54,748 bases of DNA from Prorocentrum cordatum (lineage: Eukaryota). The notes beneath the pieces were generated by a model. It saw only the letters and a program-made list of their open reading frames with translations, did not search any database and had not been told where the DNA came from. The position numbers and the translations under genes are program-made. Below are positions 10,470 to 23,444 of the stretch, piece by piece (position 1 is the stretch's first letter; every line of letters starts with the position of its first letter). The stretch spans positions 62,001-116,748 of the forward strand of contig CAUYUJ010000217.1 of assembly GCA_963575745.1 (NCBI GenBank). The letters run 5' to 3'.

Positions 10470-13400
10470 CGCCATCTCCTGCCCAAGTCAATTACTCAGC
10501 GGCCCAGCAGGCACCTCGCGCAGAGTAGTTTCCGCCTCGTGGTGGCGCCTTCCATGTCATGCTCGCAACCCCTTGTCCATGCCGGCCCCGCAGCGCTGCT
10601 TAGATATCTCCCAACAACTTAGCGCCGTGGACGCGTTCATGTTTGCAGCTACCAGGTGGAGACAGCATGTCGTCACCTCCGAGGTGGACCAGCTCAAGAC
10701 TCGCAGCCACACCGTCTACACCTGGGGCTACGGCCGAGGACCGCTGACCAACAACCGCGGTGGAGTTGCGATCATGGTCAGCAAGAGGTTCAGGCAGCGC
10801 ACCGTTGAGGAAATCATGAGCCCGCCCAAGCAGATACAAGGCCGTGCAGGCGCCCTTCGCACCAAACAAGGCGAGCTCGATCTCACTTGAATCGTTGCCT
10901 ACTGACCACTTCGGTCAAGGCTCGCAGTCAAGCATGACCCGTGGGTCAAGACAGTCAGCGAGACACTGAAATCGATCAACAGCACCCTCAGTGCGACGAC
11001 CACACGCATCACGCCATTCATCGGCCTTGACGTCAACGAACGTTTCGAAACGGACGGCCTCATAGCTACGGAGATCAACGACGGCTTTGGCGACGCCGAG
11101 CCAGTCAGCAGACCAGGTGCAAGTGCAGCACGCTTCTACAACATGATATGATGGGCGTTCATGGCATGCGTCTCCACAAAACTTGGTGGCAAGCCGGCCT
11201 TGCTGATTTCGGCAGCGAAGGGCAAGCTACACGGCCAGACTATCTCGCAGTACAACAGTGCCTTCGAGCGCACAGTCGCGTGGAGTGGTGGATAGCTGCC
11301 AACGCAGTTGAACACATCCAGGACATCATCCCACGTTCCATCATATCGCCACCGCAGAGATCATCATGGCGAACAACTCTACATACATGCAGCGCAGGTC
11401 CTGGGACTACCACACAATGGCAGAATCGCCACAGCCTGGCGGCGACCGTAATGAACATCGCCGCGCTGGAGTCAGATTTCGAGAGCAACATCGACACCAC
11501 GCGCCAGTTAAAGGCCGAGACCGCCACAGACGCCCACTGGCACTTCGTGATCGCGACTCCCAGGCAGACCGCCAAGTACAAGCAGCTCACGTAGGAAAAG
11601 GCACTTCCTACTACAACACAGACCACAGTTGAATAAGAGGCACATTGGTGGATAAGACATCAAAGAGCAGCTGGACATAAACGCCCGTGCCATAAAGAAA
11701 CAAAAGCAACGTCACGACGCCGAAATAATAATACCCCATCGAACCAATAATTTTCGAGGCATGGAACAAAAGGCAGCGCGCAGAGATGCGCGGATTATCG
11801 AGTCGCGTGGCAGCCGCTAGCAACGGCGGCAAGAGGAACCGCAACTACGGCAGAGCGACCCGCTCCAGGCCCAGCCTCGCAGAATGGACATCCCACGCGG
11901 CACAGCGCGGCGCCAAAGGGGAATTTGAAGTTCGCCCCCCCGGCGCGCAGGAAGAGAAGCAGCTGCCCATGGATTGCTTCGACGACATCTCAGGGGAGCT
12001 CAAGCGACGCCTCCAGCCCGAGTACTACGCCGCAAAAGGACAGCATCGGCAAACAGCCTTTCGGGGTCAAGCTGCACCCCCAGCACGTCAGGAAGCGCGC
12101 AGCAGTGCCCGGGCGGTCGCCCCCAGCAGGAATGCCCCAGATCACCCTGCAGCCCGCGCAGACCACCGAGAGGAAGCCGCAGGCCCAGGGCCACGGACGC
12201 AACGAGGAGCTGATCGAGGCGCATGGACAGAGGGCACGAAGGCATTCTCGATCACGCGTGCAGGGTCGGCTTTGCCCCACTGGGTGCTCATCGCAGCAAG
12301 AGCTGCATGCTCGTCGTGGCCAATTGAAAGCCCCTCGCACCAGGCCCAGCGCATCCCGCGCGCGCGCCGCGCACATGCGCGAAGTGCGCGCGGCAGCCCC
12401 TCGCATCGTCGCCGCCGGGCGTCAGCGGGCCGCCCTGGGCTGCGTCGCAGGCGGAAGGGGCGCGATCAGCGCATCCCCGAGCGCTAAGATAGACGAGGCC
12501 GCGGAAGTCACTCCGACGCGTCTGGACTTCGCCGAGCAGCGGCTCCTTGTTCAACACTGCAAATGCTCTACAGGGTGGGCGGTTTCGATCAGTCAGGTGA
12601 TTTCGAAATTGGATCTGGAGCGATGCCAAGCCGCGGCGCAGGCTCCGCTGCATATAACCTTCCCGCGCGAGCAGCCTATCGGCCGGTGGCTGGGCACCGC
12701 GAAAGACTCTGGGCCCGTCGCAGCAGCGTCGCCCGCCACGAACAGCACGATCGACCTCTCTGTCTTCCTCGGCGCGGGCGCCATTTTGAATGCGCAGGGC
12801 GTCGGCAATGGCGCGGCGAAGCAAGCGGCGGCCACTCTTAACGCCAGCGACGCAACCCTCGACGACCAGCTCGAGCAGCACAGCTACTCGCAGAAAAGGG
12901 AGAAAGAAGAAGTCGGCGGATTGAGCACGCGCGAAGAAAGCCGCCCCCTCGCTCTACACCTACCAGGACGAGTCATTCGCAGTGTGAGATATCTCGTTGA
13001 ACATTGCCATCACGGAGGCAGCAACGCCGTAGAGGTCGACCGTCGCATCCAGAGCGTCACGCGCGCATGGGGCACCATGGGGAAATTCTAGCATTGCAGA
13101 GTTCCCTGGAGGCTCAAGCGCATCATGTACACCAGCGTATCATCGGCGCCGCCGCCAGCGGCGTGGAATCGCATCTCATCAAGGACGCAGAGCTTCGCAG
13201 GCTAGACTTCACCATCGCCGGGTATCTCAGAGCGCCGACGCAGGGGAAGGCGACTACACAGGAAGACGGGTGCTACATGGCTATGTCCATCATCGAAGTG
13301 TTCCTGCGCTGTCGCAAATTCCCAATTTGCGTCGAGATACGGGTCAGACGCGCGCGTATCACCCAGGCCTCTCGCCATGCATTGCGCCGACTACGACGAA

Positions 13401-13720
13401 TGGGCCGCGGCTCTCCCAGGCGCGATTCAATCGCAACAAGGGCCACCCTCCCAACGGAGAGCGGGAGCTCAACGAAGACGGCTCGCCCGCGGACAGCGCC
13501 GACCCCCGGGCGCGGCAGCGCTGCCGCGACGCGCGCCCCCTCCTCGCTCTTGACAGCGCCGAGCAATTCAGCCGCGCCTGGGGCGGCAGCCACGCGCCGC
13601 GTTACCGCGACGCCGAGGCGCCCGAGGCCCTTCCCAGCACCGGCGCGGCAGAGCTCGGGGCCAAGGCATCAGCTGTCGCGGCGCCCCCCCCCCGGCGTCG
13701 CCGAGCCAGCTGGCGAAGAA
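10470..13720 (+). pseudogene. Heavily decayed non-LTR retrotransposon (APE endonuclease + RT)
   Basis: APE-like WGYGRG..GGVAIMV..QGRAGALR..IVAY, IGLDVN, PDYLAV; RT/thumb remnants SVRYL..EVDRRIQSVTRAWGTMGKF, WRLKR, EIRVRR; many stops and frameshifts; no intact YxDD. Confidence 0.75.
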
Positions 13721-13769
13721 AAAGAAGGAGACGCGCTGGGGCAATGTCGGGGTGGGAAAAGCACTGGCG

Positions 13770-13902
13770 CAACTTAATCGTCTACCACGAGAAAAATATA
13801 GGAAAATATGGGAAGTTGGGGGGCGACGAAAATCCAGAAAATGTGAAAACAAAAAAGGAATAGTGGAATATGCGTGCATTTGCGCGCGCCCCTGGGCCCC
13901 TT
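13770..13902 (+). repeat. ~140-bp AT-rich dispersed module, copy 1 (others at ~32248-32383 and ~45236-45423)
   Basis: Shared aatt.atcgtc...tatggg..gggggg..gacgaaa...ccc(t/a)gggccc(c)tt. Confidence 0.7.
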
Positions 13903-14389
13903 CAATTCACGCGCGAGTAGTTGGTGGATTCGGGCGCGGCGCGCAGGGGCGCCCCCCGGGCGCAGGCGGCGCCGCGCGCGCGAGGCCGCGACAAATATCG
14001 GATGTCATCGGTTGTGCTCAGCAATGTCCATCACCATTTCCTTACCATCACCAAGCATTCCCCCTCTGCCGCGCTGCATGTCTGGATCGTGCCCGAGCCG
14101 AAGACAATTTGCTGCGATCGCTCAAGCGCAAGCGTTGCCTGGCAGACAATGCCAGGCTCGACCGCCCATTGATTGCCGTCGACGACCTCGCCTGCCCGCT
14201 TCGTCCCGATATGCAGCTCTTCGCGCGTCGTTCAGAATTGCAAAAACATTTCTGCGCGTTGCACTTACCAGTGGATCAGACCGTAACCTGTCTGGACATC
14301 GGCCTCGCGCAAGATGGCCTTGCTCGCGCCCTGCCGGCAGCAGGTGGGCGGCGCGGCCGGCGGCCGGGCGGGGGCCGAGCGCGGCGCCG

Positions 14390-15166
14390 AAGAACGGAAG
14401 CTCAACGAGCGCAAGCGGGGCAAGGGTAGCGACGAGACCACCAAGGACGCGGACGATGAGACGGGGCGTCGGCGGGGGCCGGCGGGGAAGCCGCGGCCGC
14501 GGCGATGGACGGACCAGCGCGAGCAGCGGCAGCAGGGGCGAGGGAAAGCAGATGTCTGCGCGGGGGAGGAGCCCACCGCTCCAAAGTCGACCCCGAGCTC
14601 AATGAGCTCCTCGCAGTGCTGATCAAGCAGGTCCTAGCCAACGCTCAACAGTTGACGCGGCTGGCGGCAGCAACCTCCAGTGCGCGCCTCAGCCTGACGG
14701 AGGGCGCGATCATCGCGGCCAGCACAGCGCGCGGGAAGGTCCACGCGGACAGATGCAAGGAGGCGGGCACAGGACGCACTTGAAACCAACAGAGGGACAT
14801 CTCTACTTCACACTTATTTCGGCCCTCTGCGCCGCGGACGTCGGCGACAGGGCGAGGGCAATCCTCGCGGACCACGGCAGGCATCTGGGCGCCATCAGCG
14901 CGCACGCCGTACTCCGAAAAATCGAACACATTTGGATCAGCAGGTGCTACGACAGCAACATGGCCAAGCTCACCGTCTTCATCGGAGTGGGTCCGCCGCC
15001 GGACGTGGAGACCGAGGAGGAACCGACTGAGGAGCAGACCAAGTTTGCCGCAATCAAGGGCACAATCCATCGCGCCCGCAGTCAGGCGGGCACAGCGGTA
15101 AAGGAGGGCACGGCGCCAGCAGGAGTCATGGAGGACGAGCTGGCCGCGTGGTTTGCAGGATGGTGA
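14390..15166 (+). pseudogene. LINE-associated ORF1-like protein remnant, frameshifted
   Basis: ELLAVLIKQVLANAQQLTRL..., then HLYFTLISAL...ISRCYD...KEGTAPAGVMEDELAAWF; resembles ORF1-like proteins I recall from dinoflagellate LINEs (not searched). Confidence 0.55.
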
Positions 15167-16318
15167 ATTTGGGGGCCGCCCATCTAAGCCCGGGGCGGTT
15201 TGCTCGGCGTGCGCGACGCCATGGAGGGCAGAAATGCGCCGCAGTGAGGCGGTGACGGCGGGGGCGTACTCGTGCTGCGCAACGCAGACTTCCGCCCCCC
15301 GATGCCGCTGTGATTTGTTCTTATTATTGGTAGCAGTAGTATTCGCATTAGTCTCGTTATGAGACACTTATTTGTATACTTAGCCTGCTTCATCATGTTT
15401 TTATTATTAGTATTATTATTATTATTATTATTTATATTAGTATGAGCATGCTTCTTCTTATTGTGATACTCCCTCGCCTTCTTATTATTACTCCGATGCT
15501 TCTTTTTGCTCGTTTCAGTCGAAGTATTCCTCCTTCTCCTCCTCCTCCTCCCTATTCCTCTTCCCTCCTCCTTCCTCCCTCCTCGTCCTCCTCCTTCCTC
15601 TCCTCCATCCTGCGCCTTCTCCTCCTCTTCCCTCCCCTTTTTCTGCTCTGGCCTGGTTGGCCAGAAGCGTCCTGCTGCTGCTGCTGTTGCTGCTTCGGGG
15701 GCCTTAAAACGGAGGTCCCTGCAAACGGGGGTCGGCCAGAGCGCCGAATCCCACGGGATCCCGCAGAGCCAGTGCTGCATTTAGCCGGGCTGGCGTGTAG
15801 GATCCTGTAAGACCTTGCAAGGTCCTGCAGGATTTTGCAAAACCTGATTGATCCGTGTTTGCATTGACCCGGGTCAGTAGATTCCCGGCTGCTGTTGATT
15901 CTGCCCCCCGCCCCTTTTTGAGGTCGGAGGGGGGCATTTTAGGGCCTCCTGAAGGCACAAGGAGGGCAGCGTTACTTGGGCCCCCCCCCTTTTTTCGTTG
16001 TCATACGCGTTCTTCTGGGCATGTGTTTCTGTCAGTTCGTCCCAGATCCATGCGTTGTTTTCCTCGGCCCCTGAAGCGGCCAGGATGCAGAAATTAGGAA
16101 AAACGTGCTTCGATCGGAAAACAGAATCCGCCAAAGGTGTTACGTATGGCTTCTGTTTCTTCCTCACATTATTTATCCTCCTATTCCTCCTCCTCCATGG
16201 CCCCTCCTCGTCGCAGGCATCCTTTTTTCTCCGTCGTCCTTTTCCTCCTCCTCCTTTTTTTCCTCCTCCTCCATTTCCTCCGCCTCCTCCTCCTCCATCC
16301 CTTTTCCGTATAAGTAAC

Positions 16319-17011
16319 CTTGTCGCACCCCGAGGCCAGTTTTTAGGTTTTTAGGTAGGGCGGGCCAGGCGTTTCGCCTGAGACTTGCTCACCACTTATG
16401 ACCCTGAAGCTTTGAAAATGACAACAGCTTCACAGATGGAGGGCGGGTGTTTTTCAAAATGTGGCTCTCGCCTTCGCGCCGCGCACAATCGTTGTCAACA
16501 TCTGCAAGGGTTTCACGGATTGAAGGCGACTGTTTTTAAACATGTGGCTCTCGCTTTAGCGCCGCGCACATTCGCTCAAAACGTGCGCAAGAGCTTCACT
16601 CCTGACGGCGGCTCTTTTTCACAATGTGGTTATCTCTTTAGCGCCGCGCACAGTCGTTGTTTCCAATTTGCAGGGGGGTCACGGATTCCCATGCTCAGCG
16701 TACGAGAAATTGTGTTTTGGAAGGATAATGGATCATATGAGGGCGCAACCGTTTCATTGGTTCGCGGTGTTGAAGTCCCAGGAACGGCGTTCTGGCACGA
16801 TTCAGGATTGTCAAGACGCAATATTCAAGTTGATCAGTGGCTTTGGAATCCCGAGTACTATGTTTTGGCATGCTTCAGGGTGTTCAAACGCTTGTCTTCC
16901 AACGAGGCACTTCCCTCAGTGGGAACGCCCTGTTGTAGGGGCCTATGAAGGGGGAGCTTGGAGGAAGGGTTTATTCCAACATCGTTGATGGCTCTTGGAT
17001 TTGCACTGGTC
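16319..17011 (+). repeat. Dispersed repeat, right arm of the inverted pair
   Basis: Reverse complement of 9121-10012 with fewer tandem subunits; begins tgtcgcaccccgag. Confidence 0.85.
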
Positions 17012-17082
17012 CTCTTCCTCCTCCTCCTCCTCTTCATCCTCCTCCTCCTCCCTCCCCGTCGCAGGCATCCCCAGCCGCTTCG

Positions 17083-17215
17083 ATGGCCAAGCTCTTGTCC
17101 GTGGCCATCTGCGTCTGCGCGCTGTGGGCGCTGTCGGCGGGGCTGCCCCCCGCCGCCGCCGCCACAGGGGCGCCTCCTGCAACAACAGCGGACCTCTCCA
17201 CTGCAGTTACAGAGG
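17083..17215 (+). CDS. Candidate first coding exon of a host gene with an N-terminal signal peptide
   Basis: MAKLLSVAICVCALWALSAG-LPPAAAATG...; unique island between (CCT)n tracts; upstream cag|G acceptor at 17064 and GT donor at 17216. Confidence 0.45.
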
Positions 17216-19539
17216 GTCCGTCGTTTGGGGATCGTTCCCCCTCCCCCCTCTCCTCCTCAGTCCTCCTCCCCCTCCACCCTCCCCGTCCTCGTTCTCTTCT
17301 CCTCTCTCCTCCTCGTCCTCCTCCTGCCTCCTCCTCCCTCCTCCTCCCCCCTTCTTTCTCCTCCTCTTTCTCCTCCTCCTCCTCCTCCTCCTCCTCCTCC
17401 TCCTCCTCCTCCTCCTCCTCCTTCTTCTCCTCCTCCTTCCTTCTCCTCCTCCTCCTTCTCTTCCTCCTCCTCCTCCTCCTCCTCCTCCTCAACCTCCTCC
17501 TCCTCCTCGTCCTCCCCTATGGGTTAGGAGGCGGCCTGGTTGCGTTGGAGCCTCATTGTGTTTTTTCATCCGGAGATATATATTTTTGTGACTCCAGCTT
17601 GCGGCGGGCGGCCAGGGGCAAGGCCGATGCTGACCCAGACCTGCGATGTCGCGATTCGGGCTTTCCAATCGTCGCCCCTCCCCCCCCCCAGACACAGCTG
17701 ATTGTCCAATCCTGGTGGTGGTTCCCGGGCTTCGGTCTCCAGAGATTGTTTTACGGGCCTTCGGAACCAACAGCGAAACCGGGACGCAAACCTATCCCCG
17801 GGAAAGGGGTCGGGAGCATCGGGTTGCGGATTGGAAAGAAAAAAAAAAAAAAAAATCCTCGGAGGGCTGGGGGGGACGACCTTGTGCATCACGTTTTCGG
17901 CGAAGCCTCCAAGCACCAGAGACATCTGGGAGGCCCCCAGGGTCTTCGCAGGTTGTAGGGGAGCTCTGAAGGCGGCCTCGGAGATTCCCGGCGAGGAGAG
18001 GAAGGGGAGAGGATGGGGCGTCCGGGGGGCGATGAATAGGGGGGGCAGCGAGGGCTGCAAAAAAGGGGTCGTTGGGGCCCGAAAAGTGCACTGTTCTCTC
18101 CCTTTCCCATCTATCGCCCCCGCAGTAGGCGACGCCCAGGAGGAAGGAGGATCAGAAGGAGAAGGAGAGCGGAGGAAGGGAGGAGGGATGACGAGAGACG
18201 GATGACGTTTTGAAAGGTTCGAGGGGTTCTGAGGCTTCTGCGTACGTAAGAGATTCAAATGAGCGGTGCAGAAACACGGGTTGGACTGTGCAGTCATTGC
18301 CGCGTAAGTTGCCCGCGTAGGGTTATGCGTGAGTGTCCTCGTTTCCAGCGTATTGTGCCGCGCTGGAAGCCCGCGTACGTCATCGCGTAAGGTCGTTATG
18401 CCATCTCGCGTAAGACCCGTTTTCGATCGTCGCTCAAGTGTGGTTCTGGGGGGTCAGGGGTTCCTAAGGGGGTTCCGGAGGGCCCAGTGAAAGAGCCCAA
18501 GGGTGGGGAAGCGGAGGGGAAGCGGACACGGAAGGGAGGAACGGATTCTAGGGCCCATAGACGAGGGTTGCTAGCGATCAAGGACAGGGGCACCTCAAAT
18601 CAGTCGCAGCCACGGGCTGATTTTTTCGCCATTGCTTGCTCGTCGCCCTGGACCCGACAGAGGACATGCATGTTTGCACTGTCCGTCTCTAGGGGTCTGA
18701 GGTCCAAAGGAAGATGGGCATTGACAGTTTCCAGGCATCCGGCTGCATGTTTTATATTCAGGTTGGGCTTTCCAATTGCGTTGCCGTGGGCATGCCACCG
18801 CGCTTGGGGACGCATCCTCAACATGCTAAAACGTGGCGTGTTTTGCAGCATCAATTGGTTGATGCGTTGCCTGGGAGATCCGTCGGAGGCATGCTGCTGG
18901 CCTCCCCGCGTAGGATCTTCGCTTAGGAGGAGGAGGAGGAGGAGGAGGAGGAGGAGGAGGTACAGACCCAGATGAGAGAGCGCGCCGAGTTGGGAGGAGG
19001 GAGAGGGGTGGAGGCAAGCCAGGTGCACTCGCGCCACGTCTGACATCCTACCCACCCCACCCATCCCTTCCTGTTGCGCTGCTTGCTTCTCCATCCGACG
19101 ATGGGCGTCGCAGCGGACCTGGAACGCCCCGCGGGACCCCTATCGTGGCATGCGCAAGCTAGAAGCGGAAGCTGTGCACAGTGGAGAAGAAGGTGGCGGA
19201 GGAGGAGGAGGGAGGAGGAGCGAGAAGGACGAGGGGGCATATGGCAGCCGAAGGGGCGGGTGGAGCAGGAGGACCAGGGGAGGGCGGGGGAGGGGAACGG
19301 AAGGGGGCGACAGCGACGAGGGCAAGTTCGGATCCGGAGATGTGGCCTGCGCTGGGGCGAGAGCGCCACTCTGGACGACGGGAGCAGGGCGCCGACCCCA
19401 AAAGGAGGCCAGCGCTGCAGCGAGAGCGTCAGCTTGAAGCAACAAAGGTGTTCACAATGGAAACAGACAGATTGCACCAGAGAAGACCCAAATCAGTGGA
19501 TGGTTTGGACATTAGTGATATGGAGATTGGGATCCAATG

Positions 19540-19745
19540 TGAGATCGATGGTGGAATCGATAGTGAGGACGATTGTATGGTCGATCGTGAGACCGATAGC
19601 GAAGTCGATTCAATGAGATCGATAGTTAGATCGATCGTGAGATCGCTCGTGCGATCTATAGTGAGACCGATTGTGAGATCGATAGAGAGATCGATAGAGA
19701 GGTGGGTAATGAAATCGATGGCGAGACCGATCGATAAGAAGATCA
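19540..19745. repeat. 12-bp minisatellite (GAGATCGATAGT-like)
   Basis: Directly visible; gives RSIV repeats in the ORF track. Confidence 0.9.
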
Positions 19746-20813
19746 ACCAGGAACCCGGGAAACTCGGAACCCCGCCGCCCACCGAAATCGGCCCGGAACC
19801 CGAAACCGGGAACCAGGGAGCCCAGAACCCGGAACCCAGGAACCCGGCCACCCACCGAAATCGGCCCGGCATTATCGCCAAATCTTTCAATCTCAGTGCA
19901 AGCACTGATTGGGGAATGAAAGACCAACGTTTGAATTCCTGCGTGTCAGAAAACAATACGCGGAGAGAGCGGGACATCTTTTGGACATGTTCAGGAGAGC
20001 ATGGAGAGTAAGATTGAGTAAGTGTCGAGGAGAGGAGGAGGAGGAGGAGGAGGAGGAGGAGGAGGAGGAGGGCAAGGAGGAGGCGGAGGAGGCGGAGGAG
20101 GACGGCAAGGAGGAGGCGGAGGAGAAGGACGAGGAGGAGGAGTTCTGGACATTTGGAGTGCAGGCTGGGGTCCAGCTAGTGCGCGATACCACTCATGCAC
20201 GTGCCTCGGCCTCTTGGTTCACAGTCCCTGGTGCGCGTACCAGGACAAATGGTCAAACGCGCGTCGCGGGTCGCTGCCAACTTAACGCGGGGACCCAGCC
20301 CTCGAACCTCGGGAGCTTCCCGGAGGCCTCCAGGGGTCTTCAGGGGCCTCCAGAGGCCCAAGCAGGTCCAGACTGACGCGCCCCAAGACCTCGATCCTCG
20401 CGCCGAAGGCCCGGGCTTCCGAAGGCCACCGAGGCCTCTGAAGTCAGGTACCCGGAGACCAGGACACGGACGAACCGACGAACCAGGACTTTGGCAAGTC
20501 GGGGAAACGGCACCGCTTCTTGCGAAGTCAAGTTTGGTTGTCCAGTGTAGTTCTTTTTTGCTGCGCTGCTCGGGTTTTTGCCCGGGCCTGGGCATGTTTT
20601 GCACACTCTCAGGGCCTGTGTCCGGGCTTATGCCAGGAATGTTGCAGTGCAGTTTTTGTTTCGTGCCGCCGTCTGGAAAAAGTGGTTTCGAGGGATGACG
20701 GGAGAGAGCGAGGTACGAGTGATGTAGCGTGTTCTGGTCCAGCGTGGCATGACGAGGGATGTTGGATGTCCTGGTCTAGCGTGTCCTGGTCTACGGGGCC
20801 CTGACAAAGCGAA

Positions 20814-21096
20814 GGCCCTCGAGGCCTCCGAGGGCCCTCGGCGAGCTCCCGCGCGCCTGCGGAGGGGCCTCCGGAGAGGCCTCCGGAGAGGGCCCTCGAG
20901 GCCTCCGAGGGCCCTCGAGGCCCTCGAGGCCTCCGAGGGCCCTCGGCGACCTCCCGCGCGCCTGCGGAGGGGCCTCCGGAGAGGCCTCCGGAGAGGGCCC
21001 TCGAGGCCTCCGAGGGCCCTCGAGGCCTCCGAGGGCCCTCGGCGACCTCCCGCGCGCCTGCGGAGGGGCCTCCGGAGAGGCCTCCGGAGAGGGCCC
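20814..21096. repeat. Three ~95-105 bp tandem units built from short palindromes
   Basis: GAGGCCTC, GAGGGCCCTC, CTCCGGAG and CTCGAG recur throughout. Confidence 0.9.
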
Positions 21097-23444
21097 GCGG
21101 CGGCCCCCAAATGCAGCCGCGGCGGGCAGGCGGTCACCGCCCCGGCCTTCCTGCCGCCGGCGCAGCAGCTGCGCGGCTCGCAGGCCGCCCGCCGTCGGCC
21201 GCCGCCGCTCGCAGCTCGCCGCGGACCGCTCGCCGCTCGCCGCTCGCAGCGTCTTCGCTCGCCGCTGACCGCTGACCGCCGTCGCCGCCGCCGCGCTGCT
21301 CGCCCGCCGCCCGCCGCTCGCCGCTCGTCGCCCTCGGTCGAGGGTCGCGGTTCGAAGATCGAGGCCCTTCCCAGAGATCCAGCGCGTTGAAGAAATCAAG
21401 ACGGTGGTTGTCCGCAAATTTCGGCCCCTGGGGGCCCTCACCCGGCCTCAGGACCTTCAAAAAACGACTCAGGATGACAAACCGGTCTCGGGGAATGGGT
21501 CGAGGCTTCTGGGGACAGCGTATTGCACAAAAACCACGGCATCGGAAGTTTGGGTTCCTCCGGGAGGGCCTCTCCCAGTCTGGCGGGGGGCACCCAGAGA
21601 CCTTCCTGGGCATCGTCATCGCAGCCGTCCGTGTCGTCGTCCCCAGAAGCCTCCCAGATGCTTGCTCACGCTCCACTCGAGAGGTCTGTGCGTCCGTTGC
21701 GGTCATGGCGCTGTTGTTTAGTCATCCAGGCCGTTTGGGGGGGGGGGGCGTGTGCTCCGCCAGTGCGGCCCATCGAGGCCACACAGAGTCCGCTTTTCTG
21801 TTCCTCCTCGACCCTTGAAGATCGCGGACACAAGGCTTAGGTTTGTTTGCTGTTTTTCTGGATCCCTGGAGGCCGCCTGCACAGAACTCAGGGGACCTAC
21901 GCGGATCTCCTCCTCCTCCTCTTCTTCCTCCTCCCTTTCCCCAGCCCCAACCGTGAGGTGGATCCAGGCCCTGGGAGGCTCAAAAAGAAGTCAAGGTTCC
22001 CAAAATTTGTTACCCTGGATCCTCGAAGTTCCCGATCCTCCCCCCCGAGGTTGGACAGTGCCTCCAGACCCAGGGGAATCGTTAGGGGGAGGGGTCAAGA
22101 CTCTCAGCATGTTCAGCGGTCTTCTGGACTGACAGCTGATGGGAACCAAAACAGACCCGAGGTGCGTGACGCTGGGGCGAAGTGCGCCGCGTCGGCCCCC
22201 ACGGTCCTTGTCGAAGACAAACGCGCACTCGCGGTGGAGTGGCCATCACGATGTCTACTGGGCATGCACGCAGCAGGCAATATGCCAGCACCCCCGCCGC
22301 CCCTGTCACAAACCACTGCAAAGTGATCGCGGGGTGCCCGCGCATGATCCAGATTTAGCCGCGAAGTGCAGTTTGTATCTTTTTATTGAGATGGTGGCCC
22401 TGCGCACAGCAGGCCATCTGCTGGCACCCCTGGTCAAAAACAATACACTGTGCTCGCGGTGCCCCCGAACATGATCCAAGATTTTGCCGCCAAGTGCACT
22501 TTGCACAGGGATGGCGGGGGGGGGCGGTGCCCACATTGGCCCAGGTTTGTCGCCGGTCGGGTGAGGGAAGGGGTGCTTATTAACAAGGAGCACTGATCAA
22601 GCTAACCTCCAGCCGCAAGCCGTATCCCTACGGACGGTCTCGCTCACTCCGAACCACCCTCCCACCACATACGTAATCGGCACCCGAGTTTCAGCATAGG
22701 CAAGGGCAGGCATCGACAACAATCGGGAATCGATGCTGACGCCAGCCAGCTGCGCCATGCCCGCGAGGTCCGCCGCGCGTGCCGTGGCCCCCAGTATCAT
22801 CCCCAACATGGTCGTGGATCGCCCGCACACGGTGCCGCACATTGCCCAAGATCTTGCCGCAACATGCACTTTAGCATTGGTTTTTGACAGGGGTGGTAGA
22901 CCTGCGTAAAGGCAATACCCCCGCCGCCACTTTCAAAAGGCAATTCAAAATGGTCGCGGGGCGCCCGAGTATGAACTGGATGTTGCTGGAATGCATTTTG
23001 TTACCGGACGGTCGAGTGGGGGAGGGGGTGCGCGTCAACAAGGAGCAGTGATCACGTGATCACTTTCTCATGGGGGAGGGTCTGAGGGTTGAATGAGGAG
23101 GTGACCCCTAGACAACCTTCAGGGCTGAGATGGGATTTCCGATCCTCGCCCCCCTTCCCGGGAGAGGCTTAGAGCCTCTTGCACCCGAGGTGGCGCCAGA
23201 GCTGCCTCCTCCCTCCTCTCCCTCCCCCCCCAGCGGCGAGGGGGGGGAGGAGTCCTGAGGAGGACTCTCCCTCTTCCCCTGGGGGTTTTCTCTCCCCCCT
23301 CCCCCTCCTGGCGGGACCCTCCCTCCTCACCCCTCCTCCCGTGGGGGGGCAGAAGGAAGCTCCTCCGCTGCTGGGGCTCTCCCTCCCCCCCCCCTGGGGA
23401 CGGCGCCGCGGTGCACGACGCTCCCTCCTGCCGGATCGATCCGG

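Noticed and set aside
13111..13118. GGCTCAAG as a spliced-leader relic
   Set aside because: Lies within LINE coding remnant (WRLKR) and lacks upstream SL similarity.
16340..16360. Telomere-like TTTTAGG repeats
   Set aside because: Only two imperfect copies, a local duplication inside a dispersed repeat.
16945..17958. 337-aa ORF as a complete gene
   Set aside because: Runs through a dispersed repeat and (CCT)n; only short internal islands are plausible exons.
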